This document shows, one piece after another, positions 13,204 through 26,494 of a stretch of 56,142 nt of DNA. The notes beneath the pieces were generated by a model. It had not been told where the DNA came from. It did not search any database and saw nothing but the letters and a program-made list of their open reading frames with translations. The translations under genes were made by a program, and so were the position numbers. The stretch spans positions 1 through 56,142 of the forward strand of contig JAQGDQ010001193.1 of NCBI GenBank assembly GCA_030141605.1, written 5' to 3'. This stretch comes from Tubiluchus corallicola. Lineage: Eukaryota > Animalia > Priapulida. How positions within the stretch are numbered: position 1 is the first letter of the stretch; each line of letters starts with the position of its first letter.

Positions 13204-13605
13204 TCTTCCTCCTCTCTCTCCCTCTCACATGCACATGCATACATGTGCACGCATACACAGGAACACGCACACATGAACGCACGCGCATGCACACACACAC
13301 ACAGTAATATAGTAAGAAAAACGCTAGAGAAAAACACACACACGCACGCATGCACACACACACACACACACAGCATTTACGTTTCAACATTAATTAACCT
13401 TGCTATTTAACTTTCGATTCCATACATGGCCTCTTCATCAGAACTAAGAAGAAGGCGTGTACTGTGTTTTTATATACAAGATTTTCTAATGCTAACATGA
13501 TCATTACCATCTTAAAAATGGTTTTACTAATTAATAATATTTTCGATTACTCGTACTAGTAGCACTTTATATATAATGCAGACTATGGCTTATATTGATT
13601 TTCAG

Positions 13606-13743
13606 ATCTAAATGAATGTTTAGCCAATGTTCATAATTGTGATGCAGAACATGGAGTCTGTCAAAACACTAATGGTAGCTTTACGTGTGAGTGTGACACA
13701 GGTTTTTCAGGAAATGGAACGGTATGCAAGGCAGCAACCTGGG
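13606..13743 (+). CDS. EGF/pentraxin gene exon 6, calcium-binding EGF domain 2
   Basis: Near-identical copy of 6930-7067 with intact splice sites. Confidence 0.92.
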
Positions 13744-13826
13744 GTAAGTGCTGTACCTTACCTAATATCAATCTTTTAAGGTATATTTCGAACATAGCAA
13801 AATTTTTAACAGTGCATGTTTTAAAC

Positions 13827-14306
13827 CAGGGGTGTGCAAATTATCTGACTAGCCGGGCCACATTAAACTTTCCCGCAATTCCTGCGGGCCACAGGCAGTT
13901 GATCAAGGAGCCAAGTACAGAAAGGCCTAATAACAATTTTTTTGCATCCGACCTGCGTACATCATTACTACTACACTCAAGAAACTATTTTAGCAGTTAT
14001 TAAGATTTATATTACAAACCATATATTTCTACTTTCAGGACAGATAGTGGTAATTTCATTACAATGCCTATTAGTAATGTGTATCACACAGTCTGTGTAG
14101 TACAGTGACATTAAGCTACACCGTCTTGTAAGGGTTAATGGCATCCGATCTAGTAGAAAAAACTACCCGCACTATCTTTGGGATCCTGGCACAGACTTCA
14201 GCTGGATACACTCAATTAATCGCCCGGGCCACACTTTCATTAGGTTGACATATCTTTTTGTGGGCCGCACAAATTCTCTCGGCGGGCCGCAATTTGCACA
14301 CCCCTG
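13827..14306 (+). mobile_element. hAT-like MITE, copy 3 (duplicate of copy 1)
   Basis: Same position in tandem unit 2. Confidence 0.88.
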
Positions 14307-14839
14307 AACTAAAGAGTCAAGTGATTAAGGGGTATCAAGACTGCAGGGCTTCGTACGTTTCCAAACTGCGAACATGGAGGGTCAAACCGTGGGAGTTGGC
14401 ACTAAGACTTAAGAGGGAACACATCTGAAAAGGGCAGTCCACCACCTTATCTATACGACTCTTCATTCACTTCATCGTTAATTTTTTAGACGAATCCCTG
14501 TATGTTATACTGTGATGTGATAAGTGAACGTAAATTTGATGTCTTCATTTTATAATTAACTATATTTTTATTATCATGAAAATTGGTACGTGGTTTGCAA
14601 ACATTGTATTACTTTCATGACCATAGCCAAGAACAATTTTCAATTATACTTAGCAAAGGATAGGCTACATCTTGGTGGTATAAAAGTCTCTCATTGGTTA
14701 CTGTAATTGATGACTACAATAGATAATCTCTCACAAGTCTTAGTGCGAACTACCACATTTTGAGCCTCCATGTTAAGCAGTTTGGAAACGTGCGAAGCCC
14801 TGCAGTCTTGATACCCCTTAATCGCTTGACACTTTAGCT
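14307..14839. mobile_element. Non-autonomous element with ~110-bp imperfect TIRs
   Basis: aactaaagagtcaag...gcactaagactt mirrored by aagtcttagtgc...cttgacactttagct. Confidence 0.7.
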
Positions 14840-15130
14840 TGAGCACCAACACACATTTCCACATCTCTGCGCGTGTGTGTCGCTACCATCACATTATAAA
14901 ATTGAGCTGTCATCGTTCAAACAATAATTACAAATATCCTATTTTAAAAATCCATATTAAATAATAAGTTCAACATGCATGCAGTAATTAATACACGACA
15001 ATCCAACTGAAGTATGATCTGTCAAAGGACATGATGTAAGCACATTTATGTACTAACTTTGAACACTTTTGTAAATCATAGTTCATCGTTCAGCTGCTTT
15101 GCCCAATAAATAACATCTTGTTTTTTGCAG

Positions 15131-15365
15131 ATGGTTGTCATGCTGAACTTTACTTCCCAAAACCAAGCGACACTGATTACTTTTCAGCAGAGATTACTGG
15201 TACTGGAGTTATGAAACAGTTCACAGTTTGTGAATGGATAAAGATAGACCAGTCAAGCAACTACAAAAACGCCTTATTTGCTTTTTCCACCCCGACTCAA
15301 CCAAATGCAATCACTATTTGTGTATATCCAGACTTCAAGGACAAACTGAAATTTTTTGTTAATAA
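15131..15365 (+). CDS. EGF/pentraxin gene exon 7, pentraxin domain 2 N-half
   Basis: ORF 15118-15369; paralog of 8587-8821; ag/gt boundaries. Confidence 0.92.
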
Positions 15366-16673
15366 GTAAGTGTATAAGTTAGCAGTCTTTTATAATGACG
15401 CCTGTTAGAAGTTTATGCAGTTTTTCTTTGTTTTCAGCATTTTCCTGCAGTGCACCTCTTGTGTTAACTGTGAAATGCAATCAAGATATTTCCTGCTTTA
15501 TCATTTGAGGAAACCTGTGAGTTGATCTATCGAGCTTTTGGCACATCATACAGGGAGAATTTCTTCCTTTACAAACAAATTTTTTCCTACCCATCGTAAT
15601 AATCGTCATGTAGCAATTGTTATTTCTAAGATAAATAACATCACCCCGAATTGTGAGTTGGAGTTAGACTTTTTTCATCCATGAACACCTCCAGGCACCT
15701 GCTTCTAGATAGTGAATTGGCGTGTCCTTCTTCTCAGAAGAGACTGATTTCTTACTTTTACAGTCGTTCTAAGAATGTTTTTTCGCTGAGAAGAAAAGTA
15801 ATAAGCTTTTCAGACTGTTAATTATGTGTATGCTTGCATAGCAAAATCGTCCACAAGTCGGTAATGAAGCTCTTCTAGTTATTCACAATCTCCATTTCAT
15901 GAGGGTCATTTTGGTACCAAGTTCATCGCTCTATGTTATTTCTAAACTGAAACCGAGGCGCATTAAAATTGAGACGCAATTGATGCAATCTTGAGAAAAT
16001 CGATGTTAAAGTCAGCCATTGTTTTTTGTAGTGTTTCTACAAAACACTTAGTAACCGCATAAATGTTTGTTGCTATGGACTTTGCAAGAACACATTGAAG
16101 TTATGTTTAAATCCAGTAGATGGCAGTTCTTGACGAAGATCTGGGACTTACAGCAGAAAAAACCCGAAGCAAATTGACTGTTTCCAGAGTTTGAAAATAC
16201 AAGTTTTTTAATATTGCAGTACTAGTTTCTAGATAGAACATTGGGTAGGGGTTAGGGGTTATAAAATTAAATTTTTAGAATTTTTTGGACATTTTCCTGA
16301 TATAATTTCCTTTTATAAAAAACAAAAAATTTATATTTGACCAAATTTTTGGTGCATTTTGCTTGAAGCATCATAGCGTAGTTTTAACTATGCCGACTTA
16401 TGGACGGTTTTGTATATTTCGTCTTTGATATTGATCAACTGGTGCCATTTCCATTGTGGAATTTATTATTATTATATTATTGTTTTGTTATTTCACAAGG
16501 ATGTTGCCATGTTGATATGGGGGGGGGTGGCTAACTAGGTGCCACAAACCCTAGTTACGTCAGTGTGCTTGTCTGCCTGTTTATCACCCTGTAGATGTGA
16601 CTGTTGACTGGACAACGAGTTTAACTCACTGACCGTCCATTTATCCATCCATTCATTAGTCACATCCACACAC

Positions 16674-17030
16674 TAGGGGTGAGCATCGAACGTTCGAGTT
16701 CGAACGAGTTTTTTCAGCGCTTCAATCACATATGCTCTTTATCACTAAAACGATTGAAACATCATGCAGTTAGCATAATTTAGCTGTGATTTCTGCACAC
16801 AATTTTAAACAAATTACTAGTCGTTTTATTGCAGAACAAAATCTAGTGATATGCATGATCTTTGTAAGACTAATTTTTAATGGTGGTTCGAAAACTAGTT
16901 CGAAAATCTTTCGATCTCAATTCGAATTCGGTTCGAATTCGAAACACTGAAGTTCGGTTCGATTCGAATTCGAAAGTCACAAATTCTGTTCGATTCGAAT
17001 TCGCTTTCTGGTAGAGAATGCTCACCCCTA
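16674..17030. mobile_element. Duplicate of the TTCGAA-rich MITE
   Basis: Same TIR and TSD in tandem unit 2. Confidence 0.9.
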
Positions 17031-17110
17031 CCACACACACACGTGCGTGTGCGTGTATGTAAGAATCGACATGTAGTAATTGTCATTTAAGAGTTAAATG
17101 ACATTAAACT

Positions 17111-17606
17111 GTTGGCATCCCTCTGTCGCGGAAGACAACGAAGTGTGCGCCAAGAGAGTCAGTTATTGATCACATTGATGGAGCTGCAGTGTCAACTGTG
17201 GCTGAGCAGTCCGATCCTTGAACGTCTCCAGGGCGCACGCCTGGGACAGGTGTATGGAGATCCTGAGTTGCCCAGACAACATGAACCCCCTCTCTTCCTC
17301 CCTGGTGTAGTCCAAAGGAAAGCGGAGCGATACGTTTGGCACCAGGTTAGCTGCAGGAGCTGCTGGAGTCAGTAAGCATGCTGCACAGGTCCGCCTTCGG
17401 GGCTCCACTCCTGATTTGGAAGGTTCACTCCTCTACACATGGCCTTTGGGTCACTTGACCTCCTCCTCCCTCTAGCCATTGGCTGCTTGTGCAGCTCCTC
17501 CGCCTAGTGTCGAGATGCAGTGTGGACATCCCACAAGCCTACACCACCAGGTATTCCTAGGTGGTCACCCATCCAAGTACTAACCAGGCTCTACGTTGCT
17601 TAAACT
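17111..17606 (-). mobile_element. 5'-truncated copy of the 5S-RTE SINE
   Basis: Same body with partial 5S; TSD attaaact (17103-17110 / 17607-17614); empty site in the paralogous intron at ~10549. Confidence 0.88.
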
Positions 17607-17736
17607 ATTAAACTATTTTGGCATTAAACGTATCACTGACGTAACAATAACTGTAAGCTATGACTGCAAATTTGCGTATCTTTCAGGAGAAACGAAAACA
17701 GTTACTTTGATTCACTTACAAAATTTACATTTTCAG

Positions 17737-18167
17737 TGAATACGAATACATTTACTCTAACACTATTACACAACTTCACGATGGCACATGGCACCACTTC
17801 TGTCTTATCTGGGCTGCAGGATCTTACGGACACAGGATTTACATAGATGGGTCTGAAGTATACAAGGGTATTAATGATAAAACGTTCGGTGGAAATGTTG
17901 GTCGCAGCGGGAGTTTGGTGTTAGGACAAGATCCAGATATCTACCCAGTTGGAGGTTTTGAAATGGACGAATCTTTTGTGGGTTCTTTAACAGGTGTAAA
18001 TTTTTACGATTATCAGCTAACAGCTGATAATGTCAGTAGCTTGTATGCTGACTGTTATGCAAGTGGTGGAAATGTATTCTCATGGTGTGATGCTAAGACC
18101 TGGACATTACATGGTGGTGCAATCAAGCGAACGACTGACCTGACGTGCAGCCCTCCTGAAAAACTAG
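17737..18167 (+). CDS. EGF/pentraxin gene exon 8, pentraxin domain 2 C-half
   Basis: ORF 17915-18175 extended to the tttcag acceptor; WHHFCLIW, LGQDPD; CTAG|gtaagt. Confidence 0.93.
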
Positions 18168-18263
18168 GTAAGTAGTTCTTCTTCCTCACAAGTTTCTAAA
18201 ACATCATTTCATAGCTGTTGATTATGTGAAAGTTGTTGTCGTGTCACCTTGCAATTATCTACT

Positions 18264-18691
18264 TGCAAATTGTAATTTGTAATTTATTATCACTTCAGCA
18301 TGTATTTTTACTTTACAATTTGCATTATTATCTTTAACTATTATGCCCTATAAGTAGAAAATAAAATCTAGTTACAATAATTGTAACAATTGTTACAATT
18401 GTAACAGAACTACATTAGTATACTATAGCATGATATAGTTAGGGGAAAAAATCCAAATATAATTACGAAAATTTAACAGAAGTGTACTAACATAGTTACT
18501 AAACTACGTAATAGTTTGTCAACAAGAAATAGATGCTGCATGGTGGTCAAGAAGCAAAGCTTGTAAGACCAGCACGAAAAGTGAAGAAAACGACTTAATT
18601 TACAAGAGAGAGAATTATAGAAAAACAGTTAGTAGTTAAGATAAAATGATAGACAAAGAGAGAGAAAAAGAGAAATGAATTAGAAGGAAGT
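18264..18691. mobile_element. Insertion specific to tandem unit 2 (probable retroposon 3' fragment)
   Basis: Flanked by a tctact duplication; unit 1 (~11190) has the empty site. Confidence 0.65.
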
Positions 18692-18905
18692 TCTACTAGA
18701 ATCGAATAACATTTATAGACAGTTTGCAAAGCACGAGTATATTAATTACGCATGAATAGAAAATCAGATAATTCAAAATTACGGTTTTTGTCCCGCCAAC
18801 TTTGTAATATATTCTTGCGAAACAATTTCAATAAGAATAGTGTCTGTTAAGTACAAACTAAAAGGGCAGATTTACACATAAATTCGAGGCTGGATTTCCA
18901 AACAT

Positions 18906-19063
18906 GTTGTTGTTGTTGGCATCCTTCTGTCTCGGAAGACAATGGAGTGTGCGCCAAGAGAGTCAGTTATTGATCACATTGATGGAGCTGCAGCGTCGAC
19001 TGTGGCTGAGCAGTCCGATCCTTGAACCACTGGAATGGCCTCTCCAGGGCACACGCCTGGGCA
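18906..19063 (-). mobile_element. 3' remnant of the 5S-RTE SINE (duplicate of the 11404 copy, cut by a deletion)
   Basis: Same left flank ggatttccaaacat as the 11404 copy. Confidence 0.85.
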
Positions 19064-19189
19064 CGCATACATGTGCACGCATACACACAAACACGCACAC
19101 ATGAACGCACGCGCATGCACACACGCTCACATGCACACAGTAATATAGTAAGAAAAACGCTAGAGAAAAACACACACACACACACACGC

Positions 19190-19231
<42 letters not shown>

Positions 19232-19247
19232 CACACACACACGCACG

Positions 19248-19282
<35 letters not shown>

Positions 19283-19479
19283 CATTTATATTTCAACATT
19301 AATTTACTTTGCTGTTTAACTTTCGATTCCATACATGGTCTCTTCATCAGAACAAAGAAGTTGACTGTGTTAAATATTGTGAAAGGCCTATTTATAAGAA
19401 TCTATGAATGCACGAGTAGACACAGGCTTCAAATTATGCCTTGTATACTGTGGATACAGAGTGAATAATACAGTAGTGA

Positions 19480-20212
19480 GATGAAGAAACAGAATTGTGA
19501 TATACAGAAAATAAATTCTACAAAAATGGATAAAGATACATTAGCATTTGACTTTCAGTCTATGAAGTATGGATTCTCTGTTGAGTTCCAAAAGGGTGAT
19601 ACAAATGGCTCACTGCAAAGTGAATTAATCGTCTTAGCATTACGTTTTGGACAGAAAGGTCAAAAGTGTGCTTTAATTTTGGAGTAAATGGACGGTAGCA
19701 ATTGAGCCCGCAGTCTATTAAGTGTGGATTCTCTGTTGAGTCCCAAAGGGGTGGTCCAAGAACCCTCTCTCTCTCTCCCTCTCCCCCTCTCTCTCCCCCA
19801 CAGGCTGAATAAAACAACAGTGGGATGAAGTAACAGAGATGTGATATACAGAAAATAAATTATACATAAATGGATAAAGATATATTAGCAGTTGAATTTC
19901 AGTCTATGAAGTATGGATTCTCTGTTGAGTCCCAAAAGGGAGATCCAAATGGCTTACTGCAAAGTGAATTCATCATCTCAGCATTACGTTTTGGACAGAA
20001 AGGTCAAAAGTGTGCTTTAACTTTGGAGCAAATGGACGGTAGCAATTGAGCCCGCAGTCTATGAAGTATGGATTCTCTGTCGAGTCCCAAAAGGGTGATT
20101 CAAATGGCTCACTGCAAAGCGAATTCATCGTCTCAGCTTTACGTTTTGGACAGAAAGGTCAAAAGTGTGCTTTAACTTTGGAGTAAATGGACGGTAGCAA
20201 TTGAGCCCGCAG
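19480..20212. repeat. Local tandem repeat, ~155-bp units within a ~340-bp duplication
   Basis: cagtctatgaagtatggattctctgttgagt...ttgagcccgcag recurs three to four times. Confidence 0.85.
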
Positions 20213-20569
20213 TTCAATATGTTTTTGTTGAACTGCAACAATTATCTGTTGCAAGCAGCGCAAGATTACACCATGATCATGAGAAAACAACACCTCAACA
20301 AACTACAATAGCAAGAAAGTTTATCTTACATAATAAACCCAAGATGCAATAATTATAAGACGACACCTTAATTGAAGTATTATGCAATCTTTAAGAAAGC
20401 TTGATGAAAGCTTTATGGTAGTTTTTCCGAAAGGTCTTGTGAAAGTCATTTTTGAAGTTGTTGTTCACTCACTTTGTTATGATTGAGTTTAGGCACAGAA
20501 GTATGAATAGGAACCAAAAATCTATAATACATATTTGCACTGCACACAGCAGAAAAGTGTTTATTAAAA

Positions 20570-20886
20570 CTACAGAAACATGAGTAGCACAACAGCTGCA
20601 CTGAACACTGAGAGTGAGAGAGAGTCCTGCACTGAACACTGAGAGTGAGAGACTACAGAAACATGAGTAGCACAACTGCTGCACTGAACACTGAGAGTGA
20701 GAGAGAGTCCTGCACTGAACACTGAAAGTGAGAGACTACAGAAACATGAGTAGCACAACTGCTGCACTGAACACTGAGAGTGAGAGACTACAGAAACATG
20801 AGTAGCACAACTGCTGCACTGAACACTGAGAGTGAGAGACTACAGAAACATGAGTAGCACAACTGCTGCACTGAACACTGAGAGTG
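20570..20886. repeat. ~52-bp minisatellite inside a dispersed repeat (20440-21114; other copies ~41650-42050 and ~53820-54225)
   Basis: ctacagaaacatgagtagcacaactgctgcactgaacactgagagtgagaga about five times. Confidence 0.88.
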
Positions 20887-21183
20887 ATAGTGACTAGAAA
20901 GCAAAAACAGTCAGTATATTTAGGTATAGGACTTGACCTATGCAGACTTGCACAGGTTTCACAACAACCATTACTTTTAAAATAGGGAGAGGACCAGTGT
21001 GTATGCATTCATTGGACCATACAATTATACTGAGGGTAAGTCAGCTGGTAGAATGTAACAGGATTAGCCCATAGATGGCAGCACCTAATTATAATGTACA
21101 ATTCCAACTTCCACAGGCCTTTTGGCAATAACATTTCATCATTCTGCTGTTTTGCCTAATAAACAACATTTTGTCTGTTGCAG

Positions 21184-21418
21184 GTCGTTGCAGGGGTGAA
21201 TTTTATTTCCCGAGACCAAGCAAAACTGATTACTTTTCAGCAGAGATTACTGGTACTGGAGTTATGAAACAGTTCACAGTTTGTGAGTGGATAAAGATAG
21301 ACCAGTCAAGCAACTACAAAAACAGCTTATTTGCTTTTTCCACCCCGACTCAACCAAATGCAATCACTATTTGTGTATATCCAGACTCCAAGGACAAACT
21401 GAAATTTCTTGTTAATGG
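21184..21418 (+). CDS. EGF/pentraxin gene exon 9, pentraxin domain 3 N-half
   Basis: ORF 21171-21422; gttgcag acceptor, GG|gtaagt donor; 235 nt. Confidence 0.92.
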
Positions 21419-22078
21419 GTAAGTGTATAAGTTAGCAGTCTTTTATAATGACGCCTGTTAGTGTTTACGCAGTTTTTCTTTGTTTTCAGCATTTTTCTGC
21501 AGTGCACCTCTTGTGTTAACTGTGAAGTTGCAATCACGATATTTCCTGCTTTATTTGAGGAAACCTGCGAGTAAACCTATCGAGCTCTTGAGACATTGAG
21601 AACTTATTCCTTTACAAACACATTTTTCTCCACCCATCGTATTAATTGACATGTTCGACATCGTTATTTTATGAGATAAATAACATCACCCCGAATTGTA
21701 AGTCGGAGTGAGACTTTTTTCTTCCATGACTCCAGGCACCTTCTAGATTGGGTGTGTCCTTTTCCTCAGAAGAGACTGATTTCTTACTTTTACAGTCATT
21801 CTTAGATGTTTTTCGCTCAGAAGAAAAGCAATAAGCTTTCCAGAGTGTTAATTATTTGCGTTTTTTTGACAGCACATTTAGTCTTTGATGTTGATCAATT
21901 GGCACCATTTCTATTGTGGAAACTGTTTTATTATTATTATATTATTGTTTTGTTATTTCGCAAGGATGTCGCCATGTTAACATGTGACACTGTTTGTGTG
22001 TGTGTGTGTGTGTTTTGCGTGTGTGTGTTTGTGTGTGTTTGTGTGTGTGTGTGTGTGTATGTGTGTGTGTGTGTGTGT

Positions 22079-22129
<51 letters not shown>

Positions 22130-22265
22130 TGTGTGTATTAACAGCAGGGAAATTAAAATACATTAAGGCAGGTTCACACTCGCCTTAATATGCACAAAAT
22201 TGATCTTTTAGTACAAATGCATGCTATATTATCTGTGTTCCAGATGTTTCTGTTTACATTTTTAG

Positions 22266-22687
22266 TTTATACGAATACATTTACTCTGACTCTATTACAC
22301 AACTTCACGATGGCAGATGGCACCACTTCTGTCTTATCTGGGCTAAAGAACACTGGGTTTACATAGACGGGTCTGAAGTATACAAAGGTATTAACAAGAA
22401 TACGCTCACGAAAAAAGTTGATCGCATCGGGACTTTGCTGTTAGGACAAGATCCAGATACCTACCCAGTTGGAGGTTTTGAAAAGGACGAGTCTTTTGTG
22501 GGTTCTTTAACCGGTGTAAATTTTTACGACTATCAGCTAACAGCTGATAATGTTGGTAGCTTGTATGCCGACTGTTATGCAAGTGGTGGAAATGTATTCT
22601 CATGGTGTGATGCTAAGACCTGGACATTACATGGTGGTGCAATCAGCAGAACCACTGACCTGACGTGCAGCCCTCCTGAAAAACTTG
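22266..22687 (+). CDS. EGF/pentraxin gene exon 10, pentraxin domain 3 C-half
   Basis: DGRWHHFCLIWAKEHWVYIDG..LLLGQDPD; in-frame 9-nt deletion relative to domains 1 and 2; TTG|gtaagt. Confidence 0.92.
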
Positions 22688-23236
22688 GTAAGTAGTTCTT
22701 CTTCCGCACAAATTTTTAAGACATCATTAAATTTTCATAACTGTTGATTATGTGAGAGTTGCAGTTGTGTCACCTTGCACAGACTACATTAACAAGGAAG
22801 TTTACCTTTTAGTCAACAATAATTATTATAAAAATCCTATTATGGAAGTCCGTATTACATAATGATCCCAACATGCAATAATTAAAACATGATGCCCTAA
22901 TTGAAGTATTATGCAATCTGTTCTTCAGTAGCCCTTCTGAAAAACTTGGTAAGTAGTTCACCTTCCTCACAACTTTTTAAGACATCATTTCATAAGTGTT
23001 CAATTCAACTTAATTTAATTTTAATTTATTTATCTCTTTATAATGCTACAATAAAACATGATTAATAAAAGAATCTCTAATAAGTTTTGAAGAATGGTTA
23101 AAATGTATAGATGGATCTAGAACTAGAGAAAGGATAGTGAAAAGACAATTCAGTTCAACTCAATTCAATTCCAATTTATTCATCTCTTTATAATGCTGCA
23201 GTAAAACATGATTAATAAAAGAATCTCTAATAAGTT

Positions 23237-23238
<2 letters not shown>

Positions 23239-23274
<36 letters not shown>

Positions 23275-23419
23275 ACGCCCGTCACATCTATTGTAGAGAT
23301 TGGGCAGGCAGAATTCTAAAATAAAAGAAATCTGCCTTCAGACAGGTAAACGCAGCAGTAATCCAGCAAAAAAACTAGACACTGCTACGCCAGTGGCTTG
23401 TCAGCACCACTTCTGTAAA
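23239..23419 (-). mobile_element. LINE/SINE 3' end with (ATG)n tail
   Basis: TSD taataag(t/a)ttt; uninterrupted site in the adjacent local duplicate at ~23080; same family as 47791-47955. Confidence 0.8.
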
Positions 23420-24447
23420 TAATAAGATTTGAAGAATGGTTAAATCTAGAACTAGAGAAAGGAAAGCGAAAAGACTATAAAGTGTTGATTATGTAAGAAT
23501 GGCATCTTGCAATTATCTACTGCAATTTAACAACATTTGAAAAACTTTGTAGAGATAAAAGCAAGAATTCATTGATAAAACGTGATTAGGATATCGAAAT
23601 ATCAAAAAGTGAAATTAGATAATAAATTTATTACTCAAGTAGTCACTCAGCAAGGTTAATAATTTAGTAATTGTGTTTAGCATCCACACAGGCATAGTGA
23701 GTATCCAAATGTCGAGAACTTTGAGTAAGGCTCCGGTATTTCGGCTTTTATAAAGTTAGGTGTTTGAGACTGAAGTTGGTTTTTTATTTGTTCTTCTAAA
23801 GAAAAAATTCTCGAAAGTTTAAGAACAGGAGGGTACTACAAAGTTGAGCTTTAGCGTGCCAGTAGATCAGAATTTTGTTTCCTAACTGTGAAAAATAAGA
23901 ACACTTAAGAACGAACTAAAACATTATGATGTACAATAATTATTGTAATTGTATTTACGTTATACTCTGCCTATAGCTTTAATTCAGTAAAAGCTGTTGC
24001 TACTGTCTTTGCGTTAGGCAAGTAGACAAACACTAGGTAGAATGTTTGCGTATTTTTGATTATACTTGTATTTATGCAGAATTTTTTGCAGGGCTTTTGC
24101 TAGTGTAATATAAATCTACCTTAAACTGCTTTATACAGTAGGGCCGTTAAGTACTTTCATTTAACCCTAATTTTAGACTCAAAAACAACCATTAAGTGTC
24201 AAACTTTTGAAATATTGATCAGTACGCAGGCGAACAATCTCTCTCAGTCACATGTCCTGTTTGAATCTATGCTTTATACTGATTCTGCAGTACAACTCTG
24301 TGGATGTGGATCATCTTAACTAAAGAAAAATTCCGCCACTAAGCAAAAGAGAAACGATGTTTCAAACAACCTCTGAGGCTTATTATCAAGCAAAATCTCA
24401 TGATACATCACCGTGCTGCTTTGAAACATAGGGTTCTTTCTTTTTAA

Positions 24448-24905
24448 CCCTTGGGATCCCGTTGTATCCCGTGGGATGCGAGAATATTTTCTGCCTTTGA
24501 AATTAATAAAATTTTAAAACTGAGAGTTATTTGATCTGTTAATAGTTATTTTGATTTAAGCCAATAACAATAGACTAAAAATGGTGATAAAATAGCAAAC
24601 TAGAAAATCTACATGGCACAAAAAACTGTGTAAGGTTCAGTACTTTAGAGATGACTTTGTACAGATCAGCACACCATGCATACTAGATGTCTTAAATACT
24701 TTAAATAATTATCAGCAGTTGTAAAATGAAGCACATTTTATGCTTCCATTGAATCCCAATGTATCCCGTGGGATACAGGCTATATTTAGCATGCGGGCAG
24801 AGGTAGAAAAAATAATTATTAAGTGTAAACAAAATGGACATACTGAACAAAAGTACCAAGCCAAAAAAATTTGTCTTATTAAAAAATAATTTGGGACTGA
24901 ACGGG
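24448..24905. mobile_element. piggyBac-like MITE, copy 2 (extra right end at 24993-25029)
   Basis: TTAA flanks, same internal sequence as 2586-3036. Confidence 0.85.
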
Positions 24906-25070
24906 TTAATTAATTATTTCTGTTTTTCTTTGCGTCGTAAGTTTTGCTAATAAACCTGAAAAATGGCTGCAAACATGTAAATGTAAACACGTTTCTTATT
25001 AAAAAATAATTTGGGACTGAAAGGGTTAATTGAGGGATTTCTTATCAATTCTTCGCATTAAAAATCAAAT

Positions 25071-25433
25071 TGTGTTGCTATGGATAAATATAATTTTGTA
25101 TGAGTAAAAGAGGACCTGTTAAACTATGTTAAAAGCGTTAAATTATGATAGATAATTATGCTGATAAATGCTAGCATGAAGCCCAGTTAAGGTGTGGTGT
25201 CACGTGAGCAAGTGATTCAGAACTGAAGCGTAGGCGTCGATGAGTCAAAGCTCGGGGCACGTGATATAAGCCTTGTGATGCGCCCAGCTCAAGAGATTGA
25301 GTCTGGGAGCTGAAGGAGAGGAGGCTAGATCAGGGCGCTTGGCATTACTATCTGTTATATTTATTGTGTTTGATGTTCAATAAACGTGTAGTTTTATAAT
25401 CTGACTCTTCATAGTTTTGCCATCCCTAAAACA
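25071..25433 (+). mobile_element. Probable solo LTR
   Basis: TG...ACA ends, gatataag TATA-like box then AATAAA; flanks caaat/ccaat. Confidence 0.5.
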
Positions 25434-25508
25434 CCAATAACCAAACGCAACCAAAACAACGAATTATTTTACTGTATTTTATGTCTATTATATATTTTTT
25501 CTCTTCAG

Positions 25509-25743
25509 GGAGTTGTCAATCTGAGCTGTTCTTTGAGGAAAGTGGCAACACTGCATATTTTTCAAAAGACGTTTCAGCTCAAGCGTCCATAACAAAGTTT
25601 ACGGTTTGTGCATGGATAAAGATAGACCAGTCTGACAATAACAAGAATTGCTTATTTTCTTATGCCACACCCAGTACACCAAATGGAATCGCCATTTTTG
25701 TCTATCCAAACTCGAAAGACAGATTAAAGCTTTACTTTAACAG
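25509..25743 (+). CDS. EGF/pentraxin gene exon 11, pentraxin domain 4 N-half (divergent)
   Basis: ELFF..FTVCAWIK..LFSYAT; cttcag / AG|gtatgt; same 235-nt length as its paralogs. Confidence 0.92.
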
Positions 25744-25888
25744 GTATGTGAACTGCCCAGTGGATTTTGCGTAGTTGTTATTATAGTGTCATGGCGTAGT
25801 CACAACTTCTGTTTTCTCACTTGTGATAACGCCTCACCTACCACGACCAGTAAAATTGATAAGAGCACGTTGACAAAATATTTATAAT

Positions 25889-26494
<606 letters not shown>

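Larger units (their letters stand above)
6634..19357 (+). repeat. Intragenic tandem duplication of an EGF+pentraxin module (unit 1 ~6.63-13.34 kb, unit 2 ~13.34-19.28 kb, start of unit 3)
   Basis: Exons and introns align closely (e.g. 8290-10610 vs 14835-17100); units begin at (CA)n tracts. Confidence 0.93.
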
